This document shows, one piece after another, positions 1 to 12,000 of a stretch of DNA of 64,000 nucleotides (positions are counted from its first letter, which is position 1; the number at the start of each line of letters is the position of its first letter). The stretch is from Hydrolagus affinis (lineage: Eukaryota), in the NCBI GenBank assembly GCA_012026655.1, contig JAAILG010000010.1, forward strand, positions 124,001 to 188,000. The letters run 5' to 3'. The position numbers were made by a program, and so were the translations under genes. Under the pieces are notes generated by a model. It searched no databases, was not told the origin of the DNA, and was given only the letters and a program-made list of their open reading frames with translations.

Positions 1-2174
1 AACCCCAAAAATCTATAGGACAGTAATGCAGCTCCTTGGCTGGTTAATATCTCCACAAATGTCAACAGATTTCAAAATGAAACTGATGTAACTTTCAATT
101 GCTTTTAAACAGACAATGTCAGCAAGCTTTTAAAAGGTTAAAATGTAGATTGACACATTGACATCTATTTCATTCACATATACTGTACAGTACTTCTGAA
201 TCTTGAGTATAATTCCAGCGTCCTCCTGATATGAAAGGCACTATACAAATGTAATTTTGTTATTGTTGAGGTTCTAGATATATGAATATACATACAGTAG
301 TTTACCAAAAGCTGAATCATATTGTTAAACAGAGTGACTCTTTGTAAACAGAATGCATCAGCGGAAACTTGATACAGAAACAAATTTAAAACTTGAATGA
401 TTAATACTATATTTCAGAACCAAACAACAGTTTACAAAGATTCTTCTAAAGTTTCCATTGAGCTCTACTGGAAATGTAACATCAAAGTGCAACTTTTTAC
501 AACATTTATAAAGTACAACTTTTTATTATTTAAAAGTGAGAATGACAAGTCTAAGTAGCAATACTTTCTAGTTTAGCCAAACAACTGCCACTCCAATCCT
601 AAACTAATAAATTCTCTTTTTATAAACAAAGTGGTTCTTATTTTGTTTGAAAAAATGGCACTGTACTCTCATCCCTCTAAAACACTACCACCTTACCCTT
701 TACTTTGATAATGTGGAGGGTCACACACAATGGAGTTTCTATCAAGGTTCCTGTAGCATTTCCTTGAATAAATAAATTTAGTTATAACTGGGTAGGAGCA
801 TGCAGTCTACATAATTCCTCAAATTCAAAAAGTTATCCATAGGGTGCAGAAGGAAAGATCAACCCTGGTAGCTAGAAGGAAAGGTTGGTCATATTGGCCA
901 AAACAAAACTTTTTGATAATCAAATGTTTATTATCATATCATCAGATGTCATGAATTTTACCGACTCATAAACCTACCTAATAAATCACTGAACAAATAA
1001 TTTTGTTTTAAATTCATTTGTATGCTATTCTCCTTGCTTTACTTAAATTACCAACAACATGTCAACCTCAGTCAATGGCCACATCATCTCAATGAAATCA
1101 CAATGCCACTCTGAAGTGGCTACAAATGGTTTGAAACAGCAGTATTGGTTGACATAGGAATGTGCCCCAAACACAGCTATCTGCTATGTTCTCAGGTCAC
1201 TTTTAACTTTATGGTGCATTTCTGGACTGCTAAATATTGTACCAATCCCTTGCTGTGGCCCAAATCCCTGACTGTCCAGCCTCTTTGAATGTCCTCTGAT
1301 GTAAAAGGCACCCCACAAATAACAACAACAACTTTGATTTATATAGCGCCCTCCATGCTGGATGGTGTCTCAGAGCGTTTAAATGTAATTTGTTGTTTTA
1401 AAAATTTACCAGAGCTACTAAATCCTAGACTAGATCATACCAACAGCAATCAACTGAACACTACGATTAAATGACTCTCTTGCAATTAATGCCATTGATT
1501 TGATTCCCCCCATTCCTTTCCAAAGGGCAAGGTCTATCCTCTCATACTTGTTCCAAGGAGCCATTTTTCACTCATGACTGAAGAACAGGAAGTGTTGGAG
1601 AAGACACAATAATGTTATACATTGATCCCAACTGATCTAAATTTTATTCTCAAACATCACATACCCATCTACTGATCGATGGTAGCACAGATCAGCGAAT
1701 ATTGTATATCAGAAGCAAGCCAGTTTTACCCCTGGTCTTTGCTCAGCAAAGCTAAAACTAAATGTTCCATCCTATTTCCATTTTGGGCCAAAAAACTTCC
1801 ATTTTGGCTGAGATCATTGACAGACACAGATTTACCTGGGATCCTCTGGGTCAGTAATACATAATACTGTTAAGTGATCTTACCAAGTGTTGCATTTTTA
1901 GCACTGTATAATCTGTGGGGTATAGATGGCAATTTTGGTTTCTAAATAGTTTACAAACAACAGGTTTTATTTTAGGGCAGACAAGGACGTCGAGGATTAC
2001 CTTATAATTTATGTGTTGAATTCACAATTTTTGTTGTTGACCTGATCGATGATTCAAACTTGCCTTACCATAATAACAACAGCTCGCACTTACATAGTGT
2101 CTCTTATGCAGGGTAGTATCCCAGAGCACAATGCCAAGACGAGGAAGGAAGGAATAAGGCAGAGGTATACTTTG

Positions 2175-2296
2175 GGGGCGTTTCGCAGTCAATTCACTTT
2201 ACAGGAGATTAGTGACGCGCTTTGAGACGTCGGGAAGATGTGAAAAGTGTTATATCAAATGCAAGGATTATTATTATTAGTAGTAGTATTACTACT
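2175..2296 (+). mobile_element. 3' part of the young tRNA-derived SINE family, with TTA/TAG microsatellite tail
   Basis: cagtcaattcactttacag...gcgctttgagacgtc...tatatcaaatgcaaggattattatt, shared with many copies in the window. Confidence 0.85.
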
Positions 2297-2600
2297 ATTA
2301 TATTATAGAGAAAGAGTGTTGCATAGTTTCAGGGCGTAGTGGCTGAAAGCATGGCCACCAATGATTGAACAGAGGGCATGGGACATACTGCAGGAAGACC
2401 AGTCGGTGCCAGTCCAGTGAAGAGAGGCAGCGGGGCTGTGGGTGGGTGGATTGGGGGGAGGGGAGGTAAGTTAAGCAGGTGAGAGAGGCAGGGAGGTGCC
2501 AGGGGGCATGAAGGGATTTGAAAACGAGTGAGAGGAGCTTGAAATCAATCCTTACTAACCCGCTTGCCGTGGCAAACCTCAAGTTAACATCGTTACTCAC

Positions 2601-2760
2601 AGTATTGTTTAGCGGCGAGGCTGACGGAGCAGGCTCGACAGGCCTAATAGCCTGGGCCTGCGATGGAAAGTCGACCGTTATTTATGTTGGTTCATCAGCG
2701 ATTCATTTACCCCAACGACAGTTGCTACCCAAACGTTTAACATCCGGTTCCTCCCGGAAA
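2601..2760 (-). other. RPGRIP1L: Putative non-coding first exon of the divergent gene (likely RPGRIP1L); 5' end approximate
   Basis: Strong minus-strand donor ACT|GTGAGTAA (plus-strand ttactcac 2593-2600) at the left edge of the CpG region. The name rests on conserved synteny only; no RPGRIP1L coding exon was recognised in the window. Confidence 0.45.
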
Positions 2761-2780
2761 ACGAGCGGGAGCGCGGTGCG

Positions 2781-2798
2781 TCATGGGTGTTGTAGTCC
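2781..2798 (-). promoter_or_regulatory. ZNF143/THAP11-type motif (GGACTACAACACCCATGA on the minus strand)
   Basis: Plus-strand tcatgggtgttgtagtcc; one mismatch from the ACTACAnnTCCCA consensus. Confidence 0.65.
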
Positions 2799-2840
2799 CC
2801 TTTGCCTGGCGCTTCATCGTATTCAAAAGGGACCCGACGT

Positions 2841-2861
2841 GAACTACAATTCCCAGAAGGC
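2841..2861 (+). promoter_or_regulatory. ZNF143 (Staf)/THAP11 composite site GAACTACAATTCCCAGAAGGC
   Basis: Near-perfect match to the ACTACAATTCCCAGAATGC motif typical of bidirectional promoters. Confidence 0.85.
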
Positions 2862-3168
2862 TTTGAGTGAGCGGATTGCGTCCCCTTTCCTCCCTCCCCC
2901 CCCATTGGCAGTTGTTTGTTTGTTGTTGTTCTGTTTTCCATAGTAAAGATTGACATTTAACGCGAATTAAATTCATTTTTAAAAGCCCCCCCCCCCCCCA
3001 CATACACACACACAAAAAAAAATTGTCATTTTTCATTCATTCCAGGGAGCGAATGTGGAGGAAGGAGATGCTGGTGGGCAGGCCGCTTTAAGTCGCAATG
3101 GATGTTGGGATGACAATGGCGCCACTTTAAACCGAGGAGAAGCAGGGGAGTACGACACAAGCCCGGGG

Positions 3169-3210
3169 ATGAAAAGGTTCAATAAATACGATAAAGCGAA
3201 GGAGATAAAG
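3169..3210 (+). CDS. FTO: FTO coding exon 1 (MKRFNKYDKAKEIK)
   Basis: MKR start and length resemble human exon 1 (MKRTPTAEEREREAK). Donor AAG|gtacat, phase 0, joins exon 2 in frame to give a KR...KKQR bipartite NLS-like N-terminus. Confidence 0.85.
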
Positions 3211-3610
3211 GTACATGGCTGCACTCCTTTTATATATATTTATACACACACACACACACCGCTGCCACAACTCGGCTGACTTGTTTCAGTCGCCGCTCCT
3301 TCCCTCCCCACACTCTTCTCACTGTCGTTAAGGAGCAGGAAGCTGGGCCTACACTGACTACCCTAACACCCACAAACATCGTCCCCAAGGCGGCTGCAGC
3401 GCTTCTGTTAAGCGGCATCAATTCGAGCCCTCAGCCAGCTTCGTCATTGCGCGCCTCGTCAAGCGGGCATGGCGGTTCGCTGAGCTCTGTGCTGTTAAAA
3501 AGAGTGCGTGCTGTTAGTGGGCAGCCGACTCATTTAGTTCGTCGGATAACGGGGACATCACCAAAGTGATTCAAGAATGACGGTTGTTTTCCATTGGTCA
3601 CGGCTGCTTC

Positions 3611-3698
3611 TAATAATAATATTCATCCTTGCATTTGATCTAGCGTCTTATCACGTGTCAAAGTGCTTCGCAGAATAGACTGTAAAAGTGAATTAACT
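3611..3698 (-). mobile_element. SINE 3' tail fragment
   Basis: Reverse complement of the family tail (atccttgcatttgat...aaagtgcttc...gtgaatt). Confidence 0.8.
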
Positions 3699-3738
3699 TT
3701 GTGTTGCGGGTGGGAATTATCCTATTAGGCGTTTACAG

Positions 3739-4095
3739 GGAGCCCTGGAGCTGGGTGGTTAGGCACTCGCCTCACCAGCCAGAGACCTGAGTTGGATTCC
3801 CAGTAGGGCAAAATCTTGGGCAAGTTTCCTTAGTCCACAAGCATGATAATAATAAACAAAGATTGGTCACTTCAATCCCCGACAGTTTGTGGGACACTGC
3901 TGTGCACAATAGGCTGCCGTGTTTTGCCCTCAAATATACAGTCAATTCACTTTACGGTATATAATAATCCTTGCATTTGATATATCACTTTTCACGCCTT
4001 CTAGACATCTCATAGCGCTCACAGAATATACTGTGAAGCGCTTTGAGACGTCTAGAAGATGTGAAAAGCACTTTATCAATTGCAGTGATTATTAT
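3739..4095 (+). mobile_element. Full-length young SINE with an internal inverted copy of its own tail
   Basis: tRNA-like head (ggagccctggagct...gagttggattccc), body (cttgggcaagtttcctta...tgtgggacactgctgtgc) and tail; the inverted tail occupies 3961-4024. Confidence 0.9.
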
Positions 4096-7000
4096 ATCAA
4101 TTATTGCAACAATTATGTAATCTTATTAATCATCTTGCAAGATTTTCCTGCTGAATTTATTTTTTGTCAATTCGTGGGTGTGATATACGGTACAGAGTGA
4201 TACGGTACAAATATTTTCAACTCTGAAAGCTATTCTTCATTACAAGGGACGTATGAAAGCAGGCCATTATAATTTGAACACTAGCTTGCAAGGCTAGTGT
4301 TCTTACTATAATAGGCTGTAGCTTTAGTTTTATGCAGCTGTATGTTTTTTGAAGAAAAATACTGTACATTGCATGATACTTTAGAAATGGCACAACCTTA
4401 TTTTTATCAATCAATCATCAAATTGTGGTGTATTAAATCAGTTATAACTATTTTTATCCAATAGTGGCAACTATTTTTATCCTCTGCAGCTTTATGTCAA
4501 TCACGCCTCTGGAAGGATGCCACACCTTGTGCTTTCCTACTGGCAGCAAACTAACTAGACATGTGGCTCAGCTGAATTGGGATGTCCATTTCAAATGCAC
4601 TGACATTTAAAAATGTAATCTCCTTAATGCAGTAAGTTTTCTTTGTAAAATGTTGGCAGAAAGAAAGTTGTTCCATTCATGTTATTAATTCAAGTATTTA
4701 ACATAACAATTTCAGATCAAATGTACAAGACTTAAATGGAAAACCTCATCTTCTGTAATTGTAAAGTACAATGTGCAACTTTGCTAAAAATATGTAGTTA
4801 CGGAATACTTTAACCACTCTTCCCCATAAACACTAAACCTACACTTAATTCCACTAAATCATTACATTCAACTCTGTGGGTTTGAGGGCTATAGTGACTT
4901 TGTTACCATAATACAATCCATGTTTTAAAGATTAATATTATTGTTTGACATTACCCTGGCCTGGACTCATTGCAGAATGTTGGAGGAAGTGGAGTTTTAA
5001 ACTTTCCATAGAATAGTTCTGTAAAATTCATAATGTAAAGATTTTGGCTCTTTCAATAACTCAGCAAGGGCAGGGAATAGCTAAGCCACATGAATCAGGA
5101 AGGTCTCTGGTTTGATCTAGGGTTCAAGCTTGAGTGTTTAACCTCTGTACTACAAGCATGTTAAACCATTGTTTAATGACCTCCAGTAAATAATTTTATA
5201 TCAAGTGGCAGGGTTGCTAATGGTCGTCCTTGAAACAAATATTCAACTCTGGTCTCTTTCAAATCAAACTTCACATGTTTTTTGTAATAAAGCACCTGGT
5301 TTGCTCACGGTTTTTGGCAAGCTGATCAGTGGCATCTGTTACAGATCTGTTTCAGGATATGAATTGAGACAACAGGTACAGGTAGTGCATATTTTACAAT
5401 AAAATGTTCTTAAAATGTTGGAATTACTTATCCTAACTGTACACATGTTTGGAAAATGTAAGACAGCAGCAAAATTTGTCTCTACCTGGTTTTCCACGTA
5501 GCCTGATGCACAAGTGAGCAAGGGGCTATGTGGAGGGCTGGCCTGCTTCCAAATATTTCTTCACCAGAACTACTAGCTACTTTAACCTCAGCAGAGGAGC
5601 ACTCATACAGTATTCTTTGTGATGAAACTGGTTTGAGACTCACTATTTTGATTTACAGTTCGAATTTTGTTGTTGCTATCTAAAATCTTCAAATAAGGAA
5701 ATAGAATTTTGCAGGTGGGAAGTATGATTTGTCCTCGATCGGCATATCCTATAGTTCATTTTTTTTCTCCTATTGCAGGCTGCTTGTACTTTGGGGTCTT
5801 AATAATGACCATTTGTGCTCCTCTGTGATCAACCATTAGTAGTTGATATTTTCTTCCCTTCTGTCATTCCCATAAAGTCCTGCATTCTACCAAGAAAACT
5901 GATGAAGCCTCAGCAACTGTGTTTGGGTGATAGGCATGGTAGACCAAGGTATCTTTAAACTTCTAACCATCTGACTCCCACATTTGCAAATGAACATTTT
6001 CAGTTGGAAAAGGAACCCAAGTTGTGATCTGCTATAAATGGCACTCTTAACACTGTTGAAATATCCATTGAAATAAAACCTCTGTTTCATGTGTTATGAT
6101 ATCACAGAGCAATCATCCCTCTTCTACTCACTAACCCAGGGGAACGTGATTACATTTGAGCAATATATTTCAGAAGGGAATTAAATAACTAAATGACTCT
6201 CTCCTCCCCCCCCCCCCCAAGAGAATTCAACTGTTCTACTAGTCCTATGAAAGAAAAGGGGAATGAATTATAGCACAGAGCTCGGAACACAGTTTAAATA
6301 CTTCCACAATTCATAACAAACTGGTGTTGAAGTAAATTAAAACCTGGAGGAATTACATTTCAAACCTGATTTTGATATCAAATTGCTGGGTAATGAATAT
6401 AATACCGAGATGGCAGTATCCTAACTGGAGCAAATGATTGCAGTCCACGCAGTCAGGCCTTTTAGGATACAATGATCTCTTCTGGTGCTGCAAATTGCTG
6501 TGTTTCAAAATAATAATACTTTCACAAAGCTGTCCTTGAGCTGCTTTGCAAAATTAGATTCTGCTGAAAATGAAAGAATTTGAATAACGATGATGGCAAT
6601 GTGCCATTGAAAGGATACAGATCTACCTGAAAATTGTGTGCATCACCTTGCTGAGAGCTATTGGAACAAGTGTCTCGAAAAAGCAGTTTAATGGTCCTCA
6701 CCTCTGTCTTTCGCTTTCCATCCCACAACAAACTCCCAACATTGCAAGACAAATGTTGGCAGGCAAGTCGGCATACTCCTCACATTTTCGTCATGTTCCT
6801 GCCTCCAGTCCTTATGGCAGGAGATTCTGTGCAGGCCTCCAGAGCCAAGGTTCAAATTGTCATGCCCTCAGCTTAGCCCACATTTCTTTTTTTGCCAGTA
6901 GGAAAGTATATGATATGACATCCTTCCAGGGGTTTTATGCTATGCAGCTCTCCTTAACTGCGCTCCTCACCCCACCACTCCCCAGCTATATATAGCATCT

Positions 7001-8171
7001 GAAACCAAGCATTACATAGAAATCTCAATCCCTCACAAGTTAACCTGAACAGCCATATGAGCCAAATGGCACACAAAACCATACACTGCTGTATCCCCAG
7101 ACTAAATATTGGATCAAGAAACACCCATTTCTTTTGTTGAGTAATACTACCCAAATTTATTGAAATGTATCAGACCTTTATTGTGCAAATGTGCATGCAA
7201 CCTGAATCACATATTACCTTTCCAGTGGGATGTCCCAGGCGCTGTATAAATGCAATTTGTAGTTCAATTCAAAAAAGCAAAATTGTGCTTGAATTATAGT
7301 TTTTAAATGGTATTGCAAAATGTATTGAAATACTTACTAGTTTTTCTAAAATAAAAGCTATTCTATTCAGAACTAGAAGCTTCATACATGCATGTTTTTA
7401 TCAGTATATATATAAAAAAAACTTTAAATAAGAGACAGATTCCTGTACAAGAACATTGACAGGCATTTGGAAAAATGAATGTTAGTGGCATAGTAAGGAA
7501 ACAGCTGAGGCTAACAGAAATATGAAAAATATGCCTAAAGAATGAACTGATCAAATACTGAAGCAGATGTTTGAAAAGAATGAGTTCCTACCTCAAAGGC
7601 CACTAATGGAGATGAATTTGCCCTGGCTACTACTGTCCTGTACTTTGGAATGAGAGGCACTGCTGAAATTTATCATCTGAGCAAGGAAGACGTTGAATTA
7701 ATTTCTGTTTCTAATGGTGGAAAACATTTATGGTTCATGGCAGAGTTCAAATTAAAACAAGGACTGGCACCATTCCAAGAGATAGTTCCTTAATTCAAAA
7801 GTGCTCTCCTTCCCTTCAGATTCAATAAGAGATCAAATGGAAGCATATAAATCATGGGAGAGATATAGATTATACACTGACAAGCTCACATTCTTTATTT
7901 TTTTCTGCCCATAAATAGGTAGCTGCAGTCCCAAGAGCAGCGAGGAATGTAGCAATGCCCAGATCACCACATATCTCTACCTGTGATTGCCAAAATCGTG
8001 CTCAACCTTATGTTTTGCCATATATGCGCTGAGTCTGAAGTGTAATTTTGAAATACTGATACCAAAGTAATTGGGTCTCCACAACAGCTGCACAGCCAAC
8101 TTTAGCAGAAATATTCTGAGGAACCGATGGAGTATTTCCAACAAAGTCTTGCAACCTTGAAAGCATTCTGT

Positions 8172-9085
8172 GGAGTCCTGTAGAGTAGTGGTTAGCGTGG
8201 CCGCCTCGCTAGCGAGAGGACTGGTGTTAATTCCTCGGCGGAGCAGGACAAAACCCTAGGCAGACTTATTTACGCTTCTGTTTGCCGGCAGTAAGTAGGA
8301 ACTTGTTTGTTAGTCAATTGGCTTTCTAGGGGTAATGATTCTACCCCCCCATCCCACAAAAAAAATATGGTCACTCATTCCACAACTGACACTTGGACTC
8401 TATTATACAATTAGGCCTTGCTTAATGTTGTAGTTGTGTTCTTGAAAAATGCAACTTTAAGCTAAACGACGTTAAGCGAACACATTTTTCCCATAAGTAT
8501 TTATGTATAAACTATACATAAATAAATAAGTTCTTTTGGACATTTTTTGTCAAAATTGTCTTTAAAAAATTATGTTGAAATAAATATAAAACATAAAAAT
8601 ATATTAATTTAAATAACTTAACAATCACGGCATCAAAACGAGTTAAAACATCTAATTTCATTTCGAAAGTAATGGTTTGTTTTACTACCAGACTCACCAC
8701 TGCCGCTTCCTGGGTGTTTTTGACTCCAATTTATAGAGGAAATAAATAATAAGCACAAATAAATCACGATATAAAAAATATTACCAATCTCACACCTGTG
8801 CATAAACTTAAAATGATGACATTAAGCCTGTGGATGGACACTGTGCCAGAATACCGGACGGTGGCTTAGACTACCCAAACTACAGTAGTTTGTTTCCACC
8901 CGCTGGCGAATGACGTAATGGCGAACATCACAACGTTAAATGGATATATGTTCCCTATGCATCAGCAACATAATAACGAAACACCGCTGACCAAAGCAAC
9001 GTTAAACGGGGTCTACCTGTAATTACAAAGCACCTGGAGTTATTCATTCTACGTGAAAGGCATACTACAAGTGCAAGTTGCTAAC
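8172..9085 (+). mobile_element. tRNA-headed SINE with a different central region, split by a DNA transposon (segments 8172-8405 and 9022-9085)
   Basis: Head ggagtcctgtag...gtggttagc resembles the main family; the tail gtgaaagggcatactacaagtgcaagttg resumes right after the inserted MITE. Confidence 0.7.
8408..9019. mobile_element. Non-autonomous Tc1/mariner-pogo (Tigger-like) MITE, ~610 bp
   Basis: TA on both sides (8406-07 and 9020-21). Ends caattaggccttgcttaatgttg and caacgttaaacggggtctacctg are degenerate inverted repeats (16 of 23 positions match). Subterminal AAACGACGTT-like motifs, AT-rich interior, no transposase ORF. Confidence 0.8.
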
Positions 9086-12000
9086 AGTGATTATGATGAA
9101 CATTAAATCTGAAACTGCTCAACCTTGCTGAAGTTGCAGTGAAAGTTATTTGGGCGATGTTATTCATATTGCGGACAGAATGCTGCTGACCAGAGCTCTC
9201 CCTTTTCAAAATTCCTTTTACTGCATTCTAACTTTGGCAGATTCTCGTTTAACAAAATGCTTGTTAATACCATAGAACCTAATGTGCTTAATGATAAGGA
9301 AATCGCTTGCTTAGAATTCCTTCATTTTTAGCTTCCTAAGACCTTGTTTGCCATTAAATGCTGCATGTTGTATTTTCAGTTGATATCCCTATAGGAAATA
9401 GATTATGCTATCAAATGAAAAAACATGTCCAAAGGAAATGAAATATTTTTCTTTAGTATAGACTCCTATTCAAGTTTGTCACCTTTTGTACTCAAACTTA
9501 TATACTGTAAATGCTGGCAACAGCACATAATACTCTTAATCCTGATCAGAAATTGTTGCACTATTCCTGTATGTCCCCCTAACCTTAGATAATACAGACT
9601 TTATCAGAACTTGAGCTGTTTAGCAAACTGGGAATACTCAATAGGTAAAATTCTTAGTCCTTTCTGATATTTTTCTTAAGAATTGGCTTGAAATGGTGCT
9701 GGTACTTTTAGCTGAGATATGAAAAAAGACATTCAATGTTGGTAAAGGAAGTTTCAAATAAAGAGAACAGTGGTGATGTGGTACATGTGGAAACTATGCT
9801 TGAAGCTCGGGAATTCCTTGCCTCAATTCCTCTGCCTTGTTGATTTCTGTTTTCACTTTCCATTTATTTAATCTATTTCTCTATTTGTCTCAAAATCTTA
9901 ATGATTTGCTTATATCTGAGCAGTTTACTTTCTCAGTTCCATCCTTTGCCAATCTAAGCTGCTTCCTTGGATTCAGAATTACTACTCTGTAGAAGATTAT
10001 GTGAGGACTCAATGCACTCTGTATTCTATTCAAATGTCTTTTGTACCTTTCCTCTTTTGCAACAGGTTGACTGAAAACATAGTATTTAGAATCTGTGAAA
10101 CATTTTTTTTGGGAACATTTATTATCTTTGGTTTGTTTGAATGTTTCATTGATTTGATTGACTACACTACTTTCAACACTAATAAATAGACTAATGTACC
10201 TGGAAGAAAATCAATTACAACACCAGAGTTTTTCCAAGCATAATTATTTGTTTTCTTTAACCAAGCAATACACTAAATATAAGCACACAAAGACAGGAAA
10301 TCTTTTTTTAAAGCCAAAATAATTGATCTATACAGTATACTGCACCGATATAAACCATTAAACTTTTAACAGGACAAGTAAAATTAAAACATATCCAGTA
10401 GTACATCAGATGCTAAGAATGGAAAATGATTTAAATCCTAAGAGTTTGAATATTTTGTACAGTTAACAGTCAACCTTTGATATTATAGCTTGTTTTTTTT
10501 ACATAACAGCCAAAATATTTAACAGTGGATTAAATCTCACCTGTAAAAAGTATATAATTCTTGTTAATTTACTTTTAAATGAAGGTGGTGCACTAAACAT
10601 TGATGACTGCTTTTCAGAATATTGTAGAATAATTTCTAATCAAAACTGTTATGTAAATGATTACAATAAACAGGATTTATAGACCGTAATGTGGACTCTA
10701 TTATTTAAGCTAAAAGAGTTTAGATTTTAGCAGAATCAGCAAGGGCAATGTCAGTGGCAATATGTATGTTTCAGTCACAATATTGGCTGTGAACACTATT
10801 AATGGCCCAATAATTGAGAAATACTAGTCACTACTCGCATAAAGCAGTCTGAATAACGGGAATCAGTGTGCAGAGGCCATACATATGCAGACTGAAACTC
10901 ACTAAAGAATGACAAGAGCATGTTCTGTGCTTTTAACTACATCAGACCCCTATTGCTAAAATTACTTTGGCCAATAATGTTAGTACCATTACACTAATGG
11001 ACACAGTAAATGAAGTAGAACCAAGCCACATACTTCATTACCAGGGGGACGATTTTCTTCTCATCTGTAATAGAATGAGCACTAAGTATTGATCAGATCA
11101 TCAAGCTACTAATCCCCTGTAAAATTGCTTGTTATAACTGAGAAAGTGTTAATCCTAGTCAAGTCTAAGGTACGCACTTAGCCTTTTGCTAACGAGTGAA
11201 TATTGACCATGAGCTTGCTTTTATTAAAGAGGTGAAGGTTTGTACACGGTAATTAATTTGTGTGTTTCATAAAAGAATATTAATGTTGAACGTCCAATGG
11301 TTTTGTTTGTTATTATCTTACTGTATCGAGTATTCGTTTAATTTGAAATGAGTGGCGCTATCATCAGCTTGCTTGTTCTGATTTATAGTGAAAGGGAAGG
11401 CCTTTATATTTGAACAGTCTGTTTCACTGTAAATTGTTGCCAATCTATTCCCCAACACTGATGGACCTGCTGTAACTCCCTCAAACACTACATTTACCTG
11501 TAGTAGTAACAGGGTGACCATTGTATGCCAGTGTTGACCTTTGTAGCCTAATCTAGCTATTCATTTTAGGTTGTGAAGTTTCTCTAACTCTGCTGTTATC
11601 ACCTCTGCCCTTAGCTAATCAAATAGTTTAGCTTGAGGGTAACATTTATCTTGCACTTTCATTATCACCATTTTAGTAGCAGTAAAGATATATATTTTAT
11701 GTCTCAGGATGGCTGTAACACTGAAACTAGGTATTGATCTGGTATATTTGGCCATTTCTTTCTACCTTGCCATCAATATCAAGAATCCTTCAGTATGTGC
11801 CTGTACCATGGTTGACCCCAGAAATAGCGCTTTGTATTCCAGTTGGGTTAATTTAGTATTAGTGTGTGCTAACCTTACAGTTTTAATTAATGCTCTTATA
11901 TTTCATTGACACAAATATATGCAAAGAGCTTTGTCAAGTTTCCCATTGCATTTTTAAAATAGTTAAACTTTTTAAAAATGGGTGTAAATCATTTCGGCAG

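Larger units (their letters stand above)
2560..3168. promoter_or_regulatory. CpG-rich bidirectional promoter / 5' region of FTO, probably shared with RPGRIP1L
   Basis: Part of the main CpG-dense stretch of the window (~2560-3560), directly upstream of the FTO ATG. Carries ZNF143-type, ETS (CCGGAA), half-CRE (TGCGTCA 2777-2783) and YY1-like (AATGGCG 3115-3121) motifs. FTO and RPGRIP1L are head-to-head in other vertebrates. Confidence 0.85.

Noticed and set aside
2432-2463. G-quadruplex-like G runs, also near 18126-18165, 19896-19921 and 52721-52761 (minus strand)
   Set aside because: The pattern is present, but such G/C runs are common in this sequence and nothing supports a function.
2298-3036. 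Overlapping 92-141 aa ORFs in the promoter region
   Set aside because: Expected in GC-rich sequence; none resembles the RPGRIP1L N-terminus or any protein I recognise.
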